Below, one piece after another: positions 39,900 through 53,358 of a stretch of 64,000 nt of DNA (position 1 is its first letter; each line of letters starts with the position of its first letter). The stretch spans positions 79,050,001-79,114,000 of the forward strand of contig OX597814.1 of the NCBI GenBank assembly GCA_951406725.2, given 5' to 3'. This DNA is from Octopus vulgaris. Lineage: Eukaryota. The translations under genes and the position numbers were made by a program. Under the pieces are notes generated by a model that had not been told where the DNA came from, ran no database searches, and worked only from the letters and a program-made list of their open reading frames with translations.

Positions 39900-40330
39900 A
39901 TGCTAAATGGACTTCTGATGATAAATGTGACATATGAGGATAATGATGAAGAACATAATGGTAGTGTTTATGTGATAGTAAAGAAGATAATAGCAGGTTC
40001 TGTGATAGAGTTGGTGATGATGGTAGAGATGATGATGATGATGATAGGAATAGTAGTAGTTTAATGGTAGTACAATTCATGATAGGAGAGTGTAAAGATA
40101 ACAATGATGATGCAGAATGATGAAGGTAGTTGAAGTAGTGGTGATAATAAAGAAACAGATGACGATGGTGATGATAATGATGATGATAACAATGACAACA
40201 ATAATAATGGAGATGTTGATGGGTAGTGTTAGTTATGATGATGAGAATGGTGGGGATGTACATAATGGAGCTGATATTGTCAACAACAGCGATGCTGAAA
40301 CAGCGATGGTGTAGGAATTTATGAGAATGA
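39900..40330. repeat. Degenerate (GAT/GTA)n low-complexity tract
   Basis: Seen directly; it generates Met/His-rich spurious ORFs. Confidence 0.85.
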
Positions 40331-41599
40331 TGCAAGCAGTAATATTTATCATTTGAAGAGTGGGTGAAGCTAGAAAGTTATTATAAATCTACTTCTTGTT
40401 TTTGGCTGTCATTTTTCTTTTTCTTTTTTTCTTTTTTTACATTGTATTTATAGTTGCAAACGATCAATTATGAGTCAATATGTTTTAGAGCTTGAAAGTT
40501 TTTCCATCAAGTGTCATAAATTCTACAGAGTTAATCCACATTCAGCAGATATGGTTTTGCCCAGTAAAGCCTGCTGTCAAGAACTTACTGGCAACCGTGT
40601 CTTTCCAATACCCCCACAACAAACTTGGAGTAAAAAAAAAAGTGGTTTTATTTATTTATATATTTTGTAAAACCTGGCTGAATTCTAATCAGTTTAAAAA
40701 CTGAAAGACAATTTATGTAACCTTATGTAAAATTCCATTTCTGCACAGAATCATTAATTTAATCACAGACTTTGTGACTAGCATACAAGTGAATAGCTTA
40801 AATATATGTAAAAGCATTTTTTTTTTAGTTTCACAGAATTTTTTTTATCATGCTAACATTAGAGGGGTAATTTTTTTATTTTTTTTATATACATTTAAAC
40901 TAAAAAAATATTTTTATTTCTAGATACCCACTGCTACTTCTAACCACAGTTAAGAAATAGGAGCAGAATTTGTTTTGCCATGTAAACTGGAACAAGAAGA
41001 GTTGTTGATATCTTTTAATCTCTGGTCAGTCCTGATTAAGCAAACCTATGATGAAAGGTGATCAAGCTGTAACATCCTATCTTTTTGTATGTCAATGAAT
41101 TGGTTGTCTGTTGGGAGCTTTTATGTTTTTAAGATGAAAGGGTGTAATTTGAAGGAAATTGGAATTTTATTTCTACCAAGTTATACTGAGAAAATACAGA
41201 GTCATATTGGCAAATTTATATGCTTTGCACAAAGGCACAATACAGTGGTTTATTGTAATAAGGTCTGAAGTCACTGCCACAAGACCAGTAGCACAGCACC
41301 TTAATATCAAAAGCTTTGAGACTATAGATTTATAAATATAAGGATTTCTAGCTTGGCTAGAAGTTTTAGGGTAGAGAACAGCCACAGTAAATGACTGGTA
41401 CTTTATCTTATTGGTCACAAAAGGATGAAAGACAAAGTTGATCTGAACATCTTATTGAGGTCAACTTTGCAGAGCTGAAATAAATACTGCAAAACATCTT
41501 GTGCAATATGCTAACAATCTAACATCCATATAAACTATGAAATAATAATAATAAAGAAACCTTTATATTGATCATAGGTTTGTGTGAGGAAATGTGCCT

Positions 41600-41742
41600 T
41601 GCTTACCAACCATGTGGTTCTACGTTCCTTCCCACTGCATGGCACCTTGGGCAAGTGTCTTCTACTATAACCTCAGGCCGACCAAAGTCTTGTGAGTGGA
41701 TTTGGTAGACAGAAACTGAAAGAAGCCCATTGTGTATAATAG

Positions 41743-41774
<32 letters not shown>

Positions 41775-42016
41775 ATATATGTATGTATGTGTGCATGAGT
41801 GTGTGTGTGTGTTTATTTGTTTGTGTTTGTCCCCCGAACATCGCTTGACAATTGATGGTGGTGTGTTTATGTCCCCGTAACTTAGCGGTTCAGCAAAAGA
41901 GACTGATAGAATAAGTACTAGGCTTACAAAGAATAAGTCCTGGGATCGATTTGCTCGACTAAAGGCGGTGCTCCAGCATGGCCACAGTGTCAAATGACTG
42001 AAACAGGTAAAAGAGT
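41600..42016 (+). mobile_element. SINE family A
   Basis: Near full length, AAAAGAGT tail. Confidence 0.9.
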
Positions 42017-42041
42017 AATTCTGTAATATCAGCAAGTAAGT

Positions 42042-42360
42042 AGCACTCTGTTGCTTATGACAATAAGGATTCCAGTTGATCCAATCAATGGAACAGCCAG
42101 CTTGTGAAATTAACATGCAAGTCACTGAACACTCCACAAACACATATACTCTTAATGTAGTTCTCCAGGAGATTCAGTGTGACAATTTGACAAGGCTAGC
42201 CCTTTGAATTATAGATACAACTCATTTTTGCCAGCTAAGTGGACTGGAGCAACATGAAATAAAGTGTCTCACTCAAGGACACAATGCACCACCAGGAATC
42301 AAACTCAAGACCCTACCATCATGAGCTGAATAACTCTAACCACTAAATCATGTTCCTTCA
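42042..42360 (-). mobile_element. SINE family B
   Basis: Reverse-complement match to 5089-5395. Confidence 0.85.
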
Positions 42361-43938
42361 GTAGTTGATATCTAAATAGATCTGAATTAGTTTTGAAAAG
42401 AAGCGGTCTCTTTATGGGTGGAGTTATATGCTGACCCCTTTAAAACTAATACTTGAGTTTGTAGTGCCTTTAGTAAAGTTAATATGTACAGATTTTAGAC
42501 CATGTTTCTGGTTTTCTTGTCCCCGCTACTTTTTATGTATACATTAATCAGCAGTAATTCAGAATGGACATAAGCCATATCAACTTAACCAGTATATATT
42601 TAATGGCACTTTAAACAAGGTATCTTCTACTACAGTCTTAAGCTGATTAATATCTTCTAAGCAAAATTTGGTAGGTGGAAACTGTACGGAAGCCCACCAT
42701 GTGTGTATATGAGTGCATACAGGTGTGTGTATGTGTGTGTGTTAGCTTCCATGTAATTGCTCATGCACACCATTTGGGTAAAATGATGTTTGTGTATTTT
42801 TCACTATGACCAGTATCTCAGTAATTGAGTCAGGTTTAATACGTGAAGAATGCCAGTGGGATGAAAATAAATGGCTCACTTGTAAACATAAGTAAAGGAA
42901 CCAGCAGGAAGGACATCTGGCTGTAGAATGCTGCCTTGCAAAGACTCATTTAACTCCTGCTAGTGTTGAAACTGTAGACATAATTATAAAGACGGTGACA
43001 ATTCTCTCTGGAACTCATAAATGGCTGGTAGATTTCATGTTTCATGATGAAAACTACATCTGTACATAGATAAAATGCCCATCTGAAATACCTTGAAGAA
43101 ATACTATATTACATACACAAACACACATTTATATTTATAGATATACAAACAACTCAATCATTTGAACACACTCAAAACAATCCTTAAACATGTATACACA
43201 TACTTCCTTCAATAAAAGAACACACACACAGACATACATACATAAAATGGCTTAGACACAAACATACACATCTGACATTAAAAATCTAATACACTCAAGG
43301 TTCAGAAATCTTTCATTACAGCAATCAATTTTTTTCACTCTCTTCATATTCTTACTGCAGCTATTGCTGCTGCTGCTGCTGTGGTTGTTATTGTTACTGT
43401 TGATGTTATTGCTATTTGGCTATATTTCGCTGACTAATTTATTACTATTTTGATACGAGTCCTGTACAGTGTTTTTTTTATTTTCTATTTTTTTTTGTGG
43501 GGTTTGTATATTTTTATTTTTTTTTTTGTATTCTGTTTATTATTCTTTGCAGATGTCTACATAATAATGGAAAATTCTAAGAGGAAATAATGATTTCGTC
43601 CTGCAGGAAACGAAGAGCCAAAGAAGTTTGATAGATAAAGAATATAAATCAGTCAAAAACTGGCAATACTTTCATATATTAGGAAATTTTCACTATTTCC
43701 CTCATATTTCTCTGTCTCAGTCTGTATAATACAAAGTACACATAGAGAGAGATAGAAAGATGCATATTTTCAGCTGTTGTTTTTAACTATTAAAATTTAT
43801 ACACAACACTATATATACTCTCTTTCTCACTATGCTCATACATGTACATATAGAAAGAGGACATTACACACACAAACACACATATAGGTTTGTTGGTGCA
43901 AACAGGAAAAACAGAACTCAAAATATGAGTATATGTAT

Positions 43939-44077
43939 ATTTTTATTGATATTTAGCAGAAGTAATGGAGTGACTCAAGGTCTGAGAATTTCGTTCGTTG
44001 GTACTTATCAAACTGATAATGCACAAAACTCTCGGACATTGAGTTAGTATGTTTCTTCTGCTAAATATTAATAAATA
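43939..44077. repeat. Small fold-back element with two degenerate back-to-back HHR cores
   Basis: Arms TTTATTGATATTTAGCAGAAG...GACTCAAGGTCTGAGA / TCTCGGACATTGAGTT...CTTCTGCTAAATATTAATAAA. Confidence 0.7.
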
Positions 44078-44213
44078 TGGCTGTGTGGTAAGAAGCTTGC
44101 TTCCCAACCACATGATTCCAGGTTTAGTCCCACTGCATGGCAAGTGTCTTCTTCCTCGGACTGATTAAAGCCTTGTGAGTGGATTTAGTAGACAGAAACT
44201 GAAAGAAGCCCGT

Positions 44214-44253
<40 letters not shown>

Positions 44254-44507
44254 CATGCTAGCATGGAAGGTGGATATTAAATGATGATGATGATGTATTT
44301 GTATGTCTGTGCTTGTCCTACCACCATCGCTTGACAACCGACGTTGGTGTGTTTACGTCCTTGTAACTTAGTGGTTTAGCAAAATAGACCAATAGAATAA
44401 GTACTAGGCTCACAAAGAATAAGTCCTGGGGTCGATTTGTTTGACTAAAGGCGGTGCTCCAGCATAGCCATGGTCAAATGACTGAAACAAGTAAAAGAAT
44501 AAAAGAA
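44078..44507 (+). mobile_element. SINE family A with an RTE tail fragment in its microsatellite
   Basis: Full A body; CATGCTAGCATGGAAGGTGGATATTAAATGATGATGATG inserted at about 44254-44294. Confidence 0.85.
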
Positions 44508-44659
44508 TACACATACAACACACACACGAGGTCCCTCTAACAGTTACAGCTATTACAAAGAAGATAGTCATTTCATCACAATATGAAGTAGGATTGAAAA
44601 TTTGAAATTGAAATTAAGGAATTTTTATATTTCACATATTCCATCCTTTTAGTTGTTAT

Positions 44660-44897
44660 CACCCATGCTGGTGACACGCAAGAGGCACTTGTGCCAGTGA
44701 CATGTAAAAGGCACCCAGTACACTCTGTAAAGTAGTTAGCATTAGGAAGGGCATCCAGCTGCAGAAACCAAGTCAAAGCAGACAAATGGAGTCTGGTGCA
44801 GCTCTCCTGCTTACTAGATCCAGTCAAACTGTCTAACCCATTGTAGCATGGAAAACAGATATTAACCCTTTCAATGATGATGATGGTAATGATGATA
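44660..44897 (+). mobile_element. RTE 3'-end fragment
   Basis: TAGGAAGGGCATCCAGCTGCAGAAAC...GCATGGAAAA...(GAT)n. Confidence 0.75.
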
Positions 44898-45644
44898 TTT
44901 ACTTAATCGAAAGTTCTTAAAATCTCTAGTCATTAGTAATCATGTATTATATAACACTATTTCATTCTCTTTAGAAACCATCAGTATAACATAACCTATG
45001 ACTTATTAATTAAATGTTTTATAAGTGAGACATTTCATTAAAGATGCATATATTTGCAGTCTGGAAGAAATTCAAGGAGTGAGTTTTTTTGTTTATTTTT
45101 AATTTACTTCATAGAATGTAAGTAGGTTAGGAATCAAGAAAATAGAGAGAAAGTTCTTAACATTTGCATACAAAATAATAACTGCTCACAGGAAATTCTA
45201 CTGTGAAGATGCTTTATAGTAACCAATAATTTTAGTTTTAGCAACAAACAACTTCACAAGTTGTTTTCCAATGTATTCTTCAAGGAATAGACATTCATTT
45301 CAAGCTGTATTTTTAAAAAAGTTTTTATTCACTTTTCTTAGTGATATTCTGTTATGTGTGTGGTGGAACAGACATCTGTTCATAAACACGTAGACCTTGA
45401 CTATCATCAACAGTTTAAAATGGATTTTCATGAATTCACAGCTAGAATTATTCAAACATACGAGGTCCCGCAAACGGTTACAGCTATTGCAGGGGAAATA
45501 GTCATTTTGATATAATACAAAGCAGGATTGGAAATTTGAAATTGAAATTAAGGAATTATAAGAAGATGCAGCAAACTCATATATTTCTTTCTTTTTTTAT
45601 TTTTTATTTACTTAATATAAAGTTTTTAAATTTTCTTAATACAT

Positions 45645-45828
45645 GCGTGGCTATGTGGTAAGAAGCTACAGGCATGGTTATATGGTAAAAAGCTGACTTC
45701 ACAGCCACATAGTTCCAGGTTCAGTCCCACTGTGTGGCACCATGGGCAAGTGTCTTCTACTATAGCCTTGGACCGACCAAAGCCTTGAAAATGGATTTGG
45801 TAGACAGAAACTGAAAGAAGCCTGTTGA

Positions 45829-45898
<70 letters not shown>

Positions 45899-46097
45899 TT
45901 GTCCCCACCACCATCACTTGACAACTGATGCTAGTGTGTTTATATACCTGTAACTTAGTGGTTTGAGAAAAGAGACTGATAGAATAAATACTAGGCTTAC
46001 AAAGAATAAGTGCTGGGGTTGATTTCTTTGACTTAAGGTGGTGCTCCAGCATGGCTGCAGTCAAATGACTGAAGCAAGTAAAGGAATAAAGGAATAA
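45645..46097 (+). mobile_element. SINE family A (duplicated head)
   Basis: Two successive GCGTGGCTATGTGGTAAGAAGCT-like starts, then a full body. Confidence 0.85.
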
Positions 46098-46737
46098 ATT
46101 GTCAACACCAGAAAAATAGAGACAAACTCTAGAAGGATTTGAATAAAATCGTCCTGAAATGATGAAAAGCATTTAATATGTCACCCTTTGCACTTGGCTG
46201 TTCCACTGCCTTTTTCCAACAATAATAACAATAAATTAGGGAATAGTTGCTGAACCTGCTAGAAGTAGCAAACAAATCTACTATGATATTGATATGTCCC
46301 AGATACACCTATTTGAATAGAAGACAAGATAGTTACAAGTGAAGACTTTGTTCATAGATCTGATTGATCAGGGCTGACCTGGGGCTAAACAATGATATCA
46401 AAGGTAGGTAAAAAAAAAAAAAATGACAAAGTGCAGATGCAAAATTGTAGAAATTTAAACTGAGTAAGTGAAGAAGTAGCTACTGAGTAAGTTGAAGATA
46501 GCATTTTTCATTGATTGTTTGCAGTATGATATTTCTGATACCTGGATATTTGAGAGGTTCTGAAGGGATCTAAATACTATCATGTAATGATCCTAGCTGT
46601 TAACAACAGAACAGTCAGATAAACTCTAAAAGTAACATATCCTCTAGTGAGTCTGCAGGCAAATCGTGAGGGACATGGACTATAGCGCAATATTTGTACT
46701 ATATTGTATGTGTATACTGTCTTCTTTCTATGTGTAT

Positions 46738-46770
<33 letters not shown>

Positions 46771-47182
46771 AGTATAGCGTTTGTGTACAGTTAAAAGCAA
46801 CAGCTGTTGATAGTGTTAAAAACAACAGCTGCCTCTCTAGATGTGTACTTTGTATCATACAGACTAAGACAGAGGTATTATACTTTTGTACAAAAGTCCA
46901 AATGAGGCAGCATCTGCATAGTCATTCGGTCTGCTGAAAAGAACAGCCAAATTCTTCTCAAATCATAAAATACTGTCTTACAAAGCAAAGGATTCTTTAG
47001 TTAATGTAGTTTTGGATACAATAAAGTAACAATAAATATTTTAAGGTCATTTTTGCCTGTTAAAGAAGTGGTATTACCAACCACGTACAGAGTTCGGTCT
47101 CATTATCACAGATTAGTGATTGATGCCAGTGTAAGAAATGGTATATTTGGAAACGAAATCATAATTCAGTTGTATATAGAAA

Positions 47183-47418
47183 TGAGGAATTATGTACATT
47201 ATTTACATTTGATGGATATTTGTCCTCATCTTTGTTGTTAAAACAATGTTTCAATTGATATACCCTCTAGCCTTCATCAGGTGTCTTGGGGAAATTTCAA
47301 ACCTGGGTTCTCATTTTTAAGGTATTTTTCTATGTTATTATTATTATTACCATTATTATTATTATTATTTAGGTCACTGCCTGGAATCGAACTTGGAATC
47401 ACTACGCCATATGCCTGT
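47183..47418 (-). mobile_element. tRNA-headed SINE with an HHR-like 3' part; second, more complete head at 47606-47707
   Basis: Minus strand: TGGCGTAG (A box) ... GTTCGATTCC (B box), (AAT)n, then GACAC-CTGATGA-AGGCTAGAGGGTATATCAATT-GAAAC-ATTGTTTT. Confidence 0.65.
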
Positions 47419-47932
47419 GGCTTTATGGTCAAGAAGCTTGCTTCCCAACTATATGGACTTTGGTTCAGTCTCATTATGTGGCACCTTGGGCAAGTGTCTT
47501 CTACAACCAAAGCCTTGTGAGCAGATCTGGCAGGCAGAAAGTGAAAGAAAAACCTATAGTGTGTGTGTGTGTGTACGCGTGCGTGCGTGTGTGTGTGTGT
47601 GTGTATTTTTCGATGTTATTATTATTATTCAGGTCACTGCCTGGAATCAAACTCGGAATCTTGGAGTTAGTAGCCTGTGCTCTTAAGCCTCTACGCCATG
47701 TGCCTGTGGCTTTATTTGGCTTTATGGTCAAGAAGCTTGCTTCCCAACCATATGGACTTTGGTTCAGTCTTATGTGGCACCTTGGGCAAATGTGTGTGTG
47801 TGTGTGTGATTGTGTGTATCGTTGTGTTTGCTCATCCTTCCACCACTTAATAATCAGTGTTGATTTGTTTGACTAAATGTGGTGCTGCAGCATGGCAGCA
47901 GTCCAATTATTGAAGCAAGTAAAAGATTAAAA
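47419..47932 (+). mobile_element. SINE family A, head duplicated together with the opposing tRNA head
   Basis: GGCTTTATGGTCAAGAAGCTTGCTTCCCAAC at about 47419 and about 47718. Confidence 0.8.
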
Positions 47933-48457
47933 ACAGACATGCATAAATAAATGGTGGCAATGGTGCAGTAGAATGCCAAATAAAATGCCATATTGTATTA
48001 TTTAGTAGTGTGTTTTGATATTCTAGGTTCAAATTCTCAACACAGATCAACATAATATTTTATCTTTTTAGTGAGTACAAATTCCACAGAGCTCAATTTT
48101 GCCTTTTATCTTTTTGGAGTAGATAAATTGAGTAGCAGTGAAGCACTGAGATCGATGTAATTAACTTACATGCCCCCGCCCAACTCCCTAAATTGCTGGC
48201 CTTGTGCCAAAATTTGAAACCAATATAAACACAATTCAAGTTTCAGTTTTGGCAGCACTGTTCTGGTACCTTACAGAATTGATAAACATTAAGCACCACA
48301 TAGAATTTGATAAATGGTGGTTTTCAGCTGATAAACACGGTTTTAGAATTCATTACATGTTTGGTATTGAGCTGTGTTAGCTCTGTTTCTTCAATTGTTA
48401 TTAAAATGCTTTACTTCCCTGAATTATATCATTTGTATCACTCCAAACGATATAATT

Positions 48458-48723
48458 CAGTGGTTCTCAATTAGGGTCCATATAAGATTTTGTTGTTAAA
48501 AATTCATGTGCAATAGATTGCTTATACTTTTACAGTACATTTCTTTTATACAACTCCTAATAATGCTTAATTATAAAGATACAGCAGGATTTTATTATAT
48601 ACACCAAATGGCTATGGTGGTCCAGTAGAATAAAAATAGGAATTACCAAATGGCTAAGGTGGTCCAGTAAAATAAAATAGGAATCAAAGAGATCCAAAGG
48701 CAAGAAATTGTTGAGAACCTCAG
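48458..48723. mobile_element. hAT (Charlie-like) MITE
   Basis: TIR CAGTGGTTCTCAA / TTGAGAACCTCAG; 8-bp TSD ATATAATT / ATATAACT; internal tandem duplication of about 42 bp. Confidence 0.8.
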
Positions 48724-49456
48724 ATATAACTGGGTCCATGCAATTTCCTTCTGCATTCCATCACAGCTATTGAATTTCACTACCTTTAGCAGAACTTTTG
48801 CCAAGGCCTATTCCTAAAATATTTGTCTCTAGAAATTCTCACCACGAACTATTTTTTCCCTTTTGTAATGAGACACCTTGTGAAATTAATGAGAGAGAAA
48901 GGAATATTTTTCTGGTTCATTCAAAATAAAATTAGAGTAATTTAAAAATGGGTGGGGAGAAAAAGAAGAAAATAATGAAAGTTTATGTTGACATAAATAT
49001 GGAAACTGACGAATGATAAATAAGGATGATTTTTTTTTTAATGCAATTGATTTTAAATAGAAATCAAAATTTATATCCAATTTAGAATTAACAACAGTAA
49101 GTGAAATACCAGAATGCCAACAGATGCTGAAATTTCCAGAGTTTATATGTTGGATTTGTTTCATAATAAATAATGATAATGATGATATCAATATCATATG
49201 ACTAGATAATTAGATAGATGGATGCATGAATGGATAAACAGAAATAGATAGATTGTTAAACTGCTAGGTGGAAAGCTGGACTGCTAGATGGATGAATGGA
49301 TGGATTGCTAGGTAGCAAGATGGATTAGACAGATAAAAAGATAGCAAGATCAAGAAAAAAAACAAAACAAAAATGTAATATCAGACTGATGGAAAGCTAG
49401 ATAGGTAAATATATAGCAAGATAAATTGTTAATAGATTGAAAGCCACATATACACA

Positions 49457-49480
49457 TATAGATAGATTAGTTAGATAGAT

Positions 49481-49539
<59 letters not shown>

Positions 49540-49627
49540 CAGATAGATAGATAGATAGATAGTAAGATAGGTAGATAGTAAGATAGGTAGATAGAGAGAT
49601 AGTAAGATAGGTAGATAGTAAGATAGG

Positions 49628-49696
<69 letters not shown>

Positions 49697-49700
49697 GAAT
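49457..49700. repeat. (GATA)n microsatellite with internal GATAGTAAGATAGGTA units
   Basis: Seen directly. Confidence 0.97.
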
Positions 49701-51409
49701 GGATGGAGGGATGGCTATGAATAAATAACATAGATGTTTAAACTTTCACATTATTAATTTCACAGGAAAAAAAACAAGTTGCAACTAAAAGTTGATTTGC
49801 TTGAAGTCAAAATATTAAGGAACAGATGTTTAAAAAAGATAATGACAGTATTAAAGCTGCTAATATTGATGGTGATGATGAAGATAGCAGTTAAGAAGGA
49901 TTATTACTATGATGGTGATGACTTATTACAACATACATTTTTTTGGTTTTATAAAAAAAAATATATCTGAAGTTCAACTTCTAGTATTACTTTATTGATA
50001 ATGAGGACACTATTTTAAATTTTTAATTTTGTAAAGTACTTCTCTAAATAAATTTTGAGGTTGAGTAATTCTCAATCTATAATTACATTTACTGAGCCTT
50101 TACTACTTCTTTCTCTTTCATTCTTTCTGCTTCTTCTGCTTTTTCTCATATTTTGTTGTTTCATTTGTTTTCCCTTGTCTTTTTTCTTTTAGTGACCAGT
50201 ATTTCTGGTAGTGAACTTTTCCCCAGTTATCTTTTGTTAATCATCAGTCATGATAATTTTTGTCAGTCACATTTATCTTCATCAGTCTTCATCTTCTTTG
50301 TCAAGGATCTTCATCTATCATCTTCTTCAGTCATCTTCACCAGTCATCTTTATATGTCATTTTCATCTGTTACGGATATTCTTCCTATGCTCTTTTTTAC
50401 CTTTTTCTTTTTTTGATTCACCACCTCCGTGTCTCTTTTGTCTCTTGTAGTTGTCATGTCATCTCCAATATTTTATCTATTTCTATCCACCTCTTTTATC
50501 ACCATTTTCTTCATCCACACCTTTTTACCTTTCTATTTTTACTGGCATCATTACAATTTTCTCCATTTCATTTTATCTTCAAATCCTTACTATCTATTTT
50601 CTGTTATCAACCACATCATTATCATGACACAAATTCTCAGATTCTGAAAGAAAGAAGCTGCAATAACAGTTTAGATTTCAACGGTCTAAAGTTCAACAGA
50701 ACATGTCAAAGACCACAACACTAATTAGTTACACAAAGAACATAACACCACAGCGTATTCACAAGATTGGCTTTGTTTGATATAGTATAAGGAACCAAGA
50801 AAAACTTTATATGGTATATTCAATGAAAACAATGGACACACACAAAAAAGCCAGTGAAAATCTTGGTAGATCTACATAACCACAGTCACAGACGTCCACA
50901 GCTATTACAAAATCCCCAGATACATGAAACTGCAGTTCAAATAGTGCTGACATATAGGGGTTAAAAACTGGAACTAAGCACTTTTATATACAAGAAACAG
51001 GGTTTAGCTTTATTTTAGAATGAACTCCTTGTCAAAATTCTTCCTGTTTGAATCATATCCATTTTTTGAATTTTATCTTTTTATCAAAAAAATTTCCTCA
51101 GATTTTTTTCTTCTTTCAATTTTAAGATTTCATGGCAGCTAAAAAACTTCAAGCAGTGATTTAGAATTTGGTGATATTATTTATTAATGATTATCAAATA
51201 TTTATTTATTAGTGAATTAATTAGGAAATCAATGCCCAGGAATCAATATCTTGTAAATATATGTGTAAACATCTATGTGTAGTCGACCCTACTGTATTCA
51301 GTCTACCTTGGTAGGTGAAATAATCTGCCAACAGGTAAAACTCAACAAGTAACATCCAAATCCACAATGTACACCAATGATCATAATACTGTACTAGCAA
51401 AATCATCTA

Positions 51410-51570
51410 ATTTCACACAGTGGTTGTCTCATCACCTCATCTTGTCCATGGTCTACCCTGGGTCTTCTGCCAGTTGGTTTTACCCATAAATCCTGCCCAG
51501 TGATTCTTTCTTGAGACATACTTACATGCCCAAAGTATCAGTGCTGCAATCTATCAGTTCAAAGAAGTAG
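51410..51570 (-). mobile_element. Ancient RTE-like ORF C-terminal relic
   Basis: Minus-strand RLQH*YFGHVSM...KPTGRRPRV resembles R.RW.GHV.RM...G.RPRGRP. Confidence 0.5.
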
Positions 51571-52059
51571 CAGCTCTAAATGGAGAGGAAGGAGTAAAAA
51601 GCAAACTTGCTACCTTCAATTTAGTGTTCGTACCTTACCAATAGTAAAGCCACTACTTCTCCAAAATGGTTGTATATTTAGAATTTTTATACTTCACTAC
51701 CAGCATTTTGACACAGTATCTACTTTCTAAAAGGGACTGAGAGATTTATATAGACATTACAGCACTTAGTGAGTTAAATATACTAGAACTAGAGAAATAG
51801 TTAGCAGCAGAGGAACACATGAAATCAGTCCATAAATTGTTCAGAAATTTCAAAAGATGTATTAGATAGTTGATAGTTCATGTTCTGTAACATGGTAAGG
51901 AATGAGAGGTAGTAATAAAAACAGAGAAGCCTGTGGAACAACTGTGTTGCTTGGCATCAAAAGGTTAATTTCTGCCAATATAAGACGACTGGGGAAGAAA
52001 AGTGGTGCTGCATCAGAATGAGAGATGAGTACTATACACAGCTGATCTGAGGGTGCTAA

Positions 52060-52420
52060 AAAGGAAATGAACTAGGTATGATCTATTTGAGAGTAATCAT
52101 GATACACAGAAAGAAACATTAAGGCCTGTGTGCTGAAGAGAGCAGCAAAACATTAAATACGTCAGTTGATCTGTATACAAACATATGATTGATAGACATG
52201 GCTATGTGAATCAAATGAACGATGGGATACTGGTATGTGCTGACAAGGCAAGATACTCTTGGCACTGGAACACTGAAGAAAACATACAAACATGTGAAGA
52301 ATTCAGATCTCAGTGTTTTGGATTCTCACAGACAAGATGATGCAAGATGAATGATGATTTACTGTTGCTGTAAACCGATCCAATCCTTGCCAGCAGAGTT
52401 AAATAGACATTAAAATGATA
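52060..52420 (+). mobile_element. Ancient RTE 3' relic
   Basis: Scattered similarity to the RTE ORF end, plus terminal CCAATCCTTGCCAGCAG...GACATTAAAATGAT. Confidence 0.45.
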
Positions 52421-53322
52421 TTGCTGACAAAATTCTATCTTGGCTTACATTATTATTATTACATTATCCAGTTCGCTTTTCACCTCCCAATTTCATTAGG
52501 CTCATTCTCACCATCTTCCTAAGTATCAGCAGCAGCACCAATACCATCTTGTTTAACATCAAGCTCATCAGCATCATCTGTCTTTCACATAGTATTTTCC
52601 AAAACCCCTAACCAAACTCCCTTGTTAGAAAGCTCTACTTCATTCATTCATTCATTCATTCATTAGCTTTCTTCTCACAAGACCTCTTATGGTGCTTTCT
52701 TCTTTTCTTCAATAATACAGCTGTGGCCGACATTCTCCTCTCTTCTCTCACTAAGCAACATCTTCCACTTTCTTGCTGCTCCTCCTCCTCCCCCATTTTA
52801 ATTGGTACCTTAAATATTTTGCCCATTAATGTAACTTGACTCCTTACCCCAACAACATATTCTGTTCCCACTAATTTCTTATTCCTCAGGGTTGTCAACA
52901 ACTACAGCCTTATTTCCTTAGCAGAACCTGCATGCGACGACCACGACCACGACCATGCAGCCTCTGTTTGTGGCTTAACAGCAAGCTTTCTAACCCACTA
53001 ATTAAGTTCAGATTAGTTTCCAGTCAGGCACGAAAGAAAATACCGTTCTCCACCATACTAAACCCACATACCTATGTGGGAATTTTCACACCCACACAAA
53101 ACATATACACACCCACCCATGCAAATGATTATACAAGTAGATACACACGCAAACACACACATGCACACAAAGGCATACCAAGAAACATACCAATGAACAA
53201 ATGATATACATACATACAAAAAACATGAACATACACACACATATGAACATACATACACAAGCACGCATACAAACACATGCTCATACACAAACAAGTATAC
53301 ATACATTCCAAATTTGTGTGTG

Positions 53323-53355
<33 letters not shown>

Positions 53356-53358
<3 letters not shown>

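Noticed and set aside
39814-40335. His-rich 173-aa and Met-rich ORFs
   Set aside because: Degenerate (GAT)n low-complexity sequence.
45420-45465. Peptide deformylase-like FTARIIQ motif
   Set aside because: Lacks HExxH and lies in a dispersed repeat.
47640-47707. tRNA gene (also the heads at 6829 and 56256)
   Set aside because: tRNA-like A/B boxes run directly into SINE bodies; no intact cloverleaf could be drawn.
50100-50724. Hydrophobic ORFs suggesting membrane proteins
   Set aside because: TC/TCA-rich low-complexity sequence that is open in several frames.
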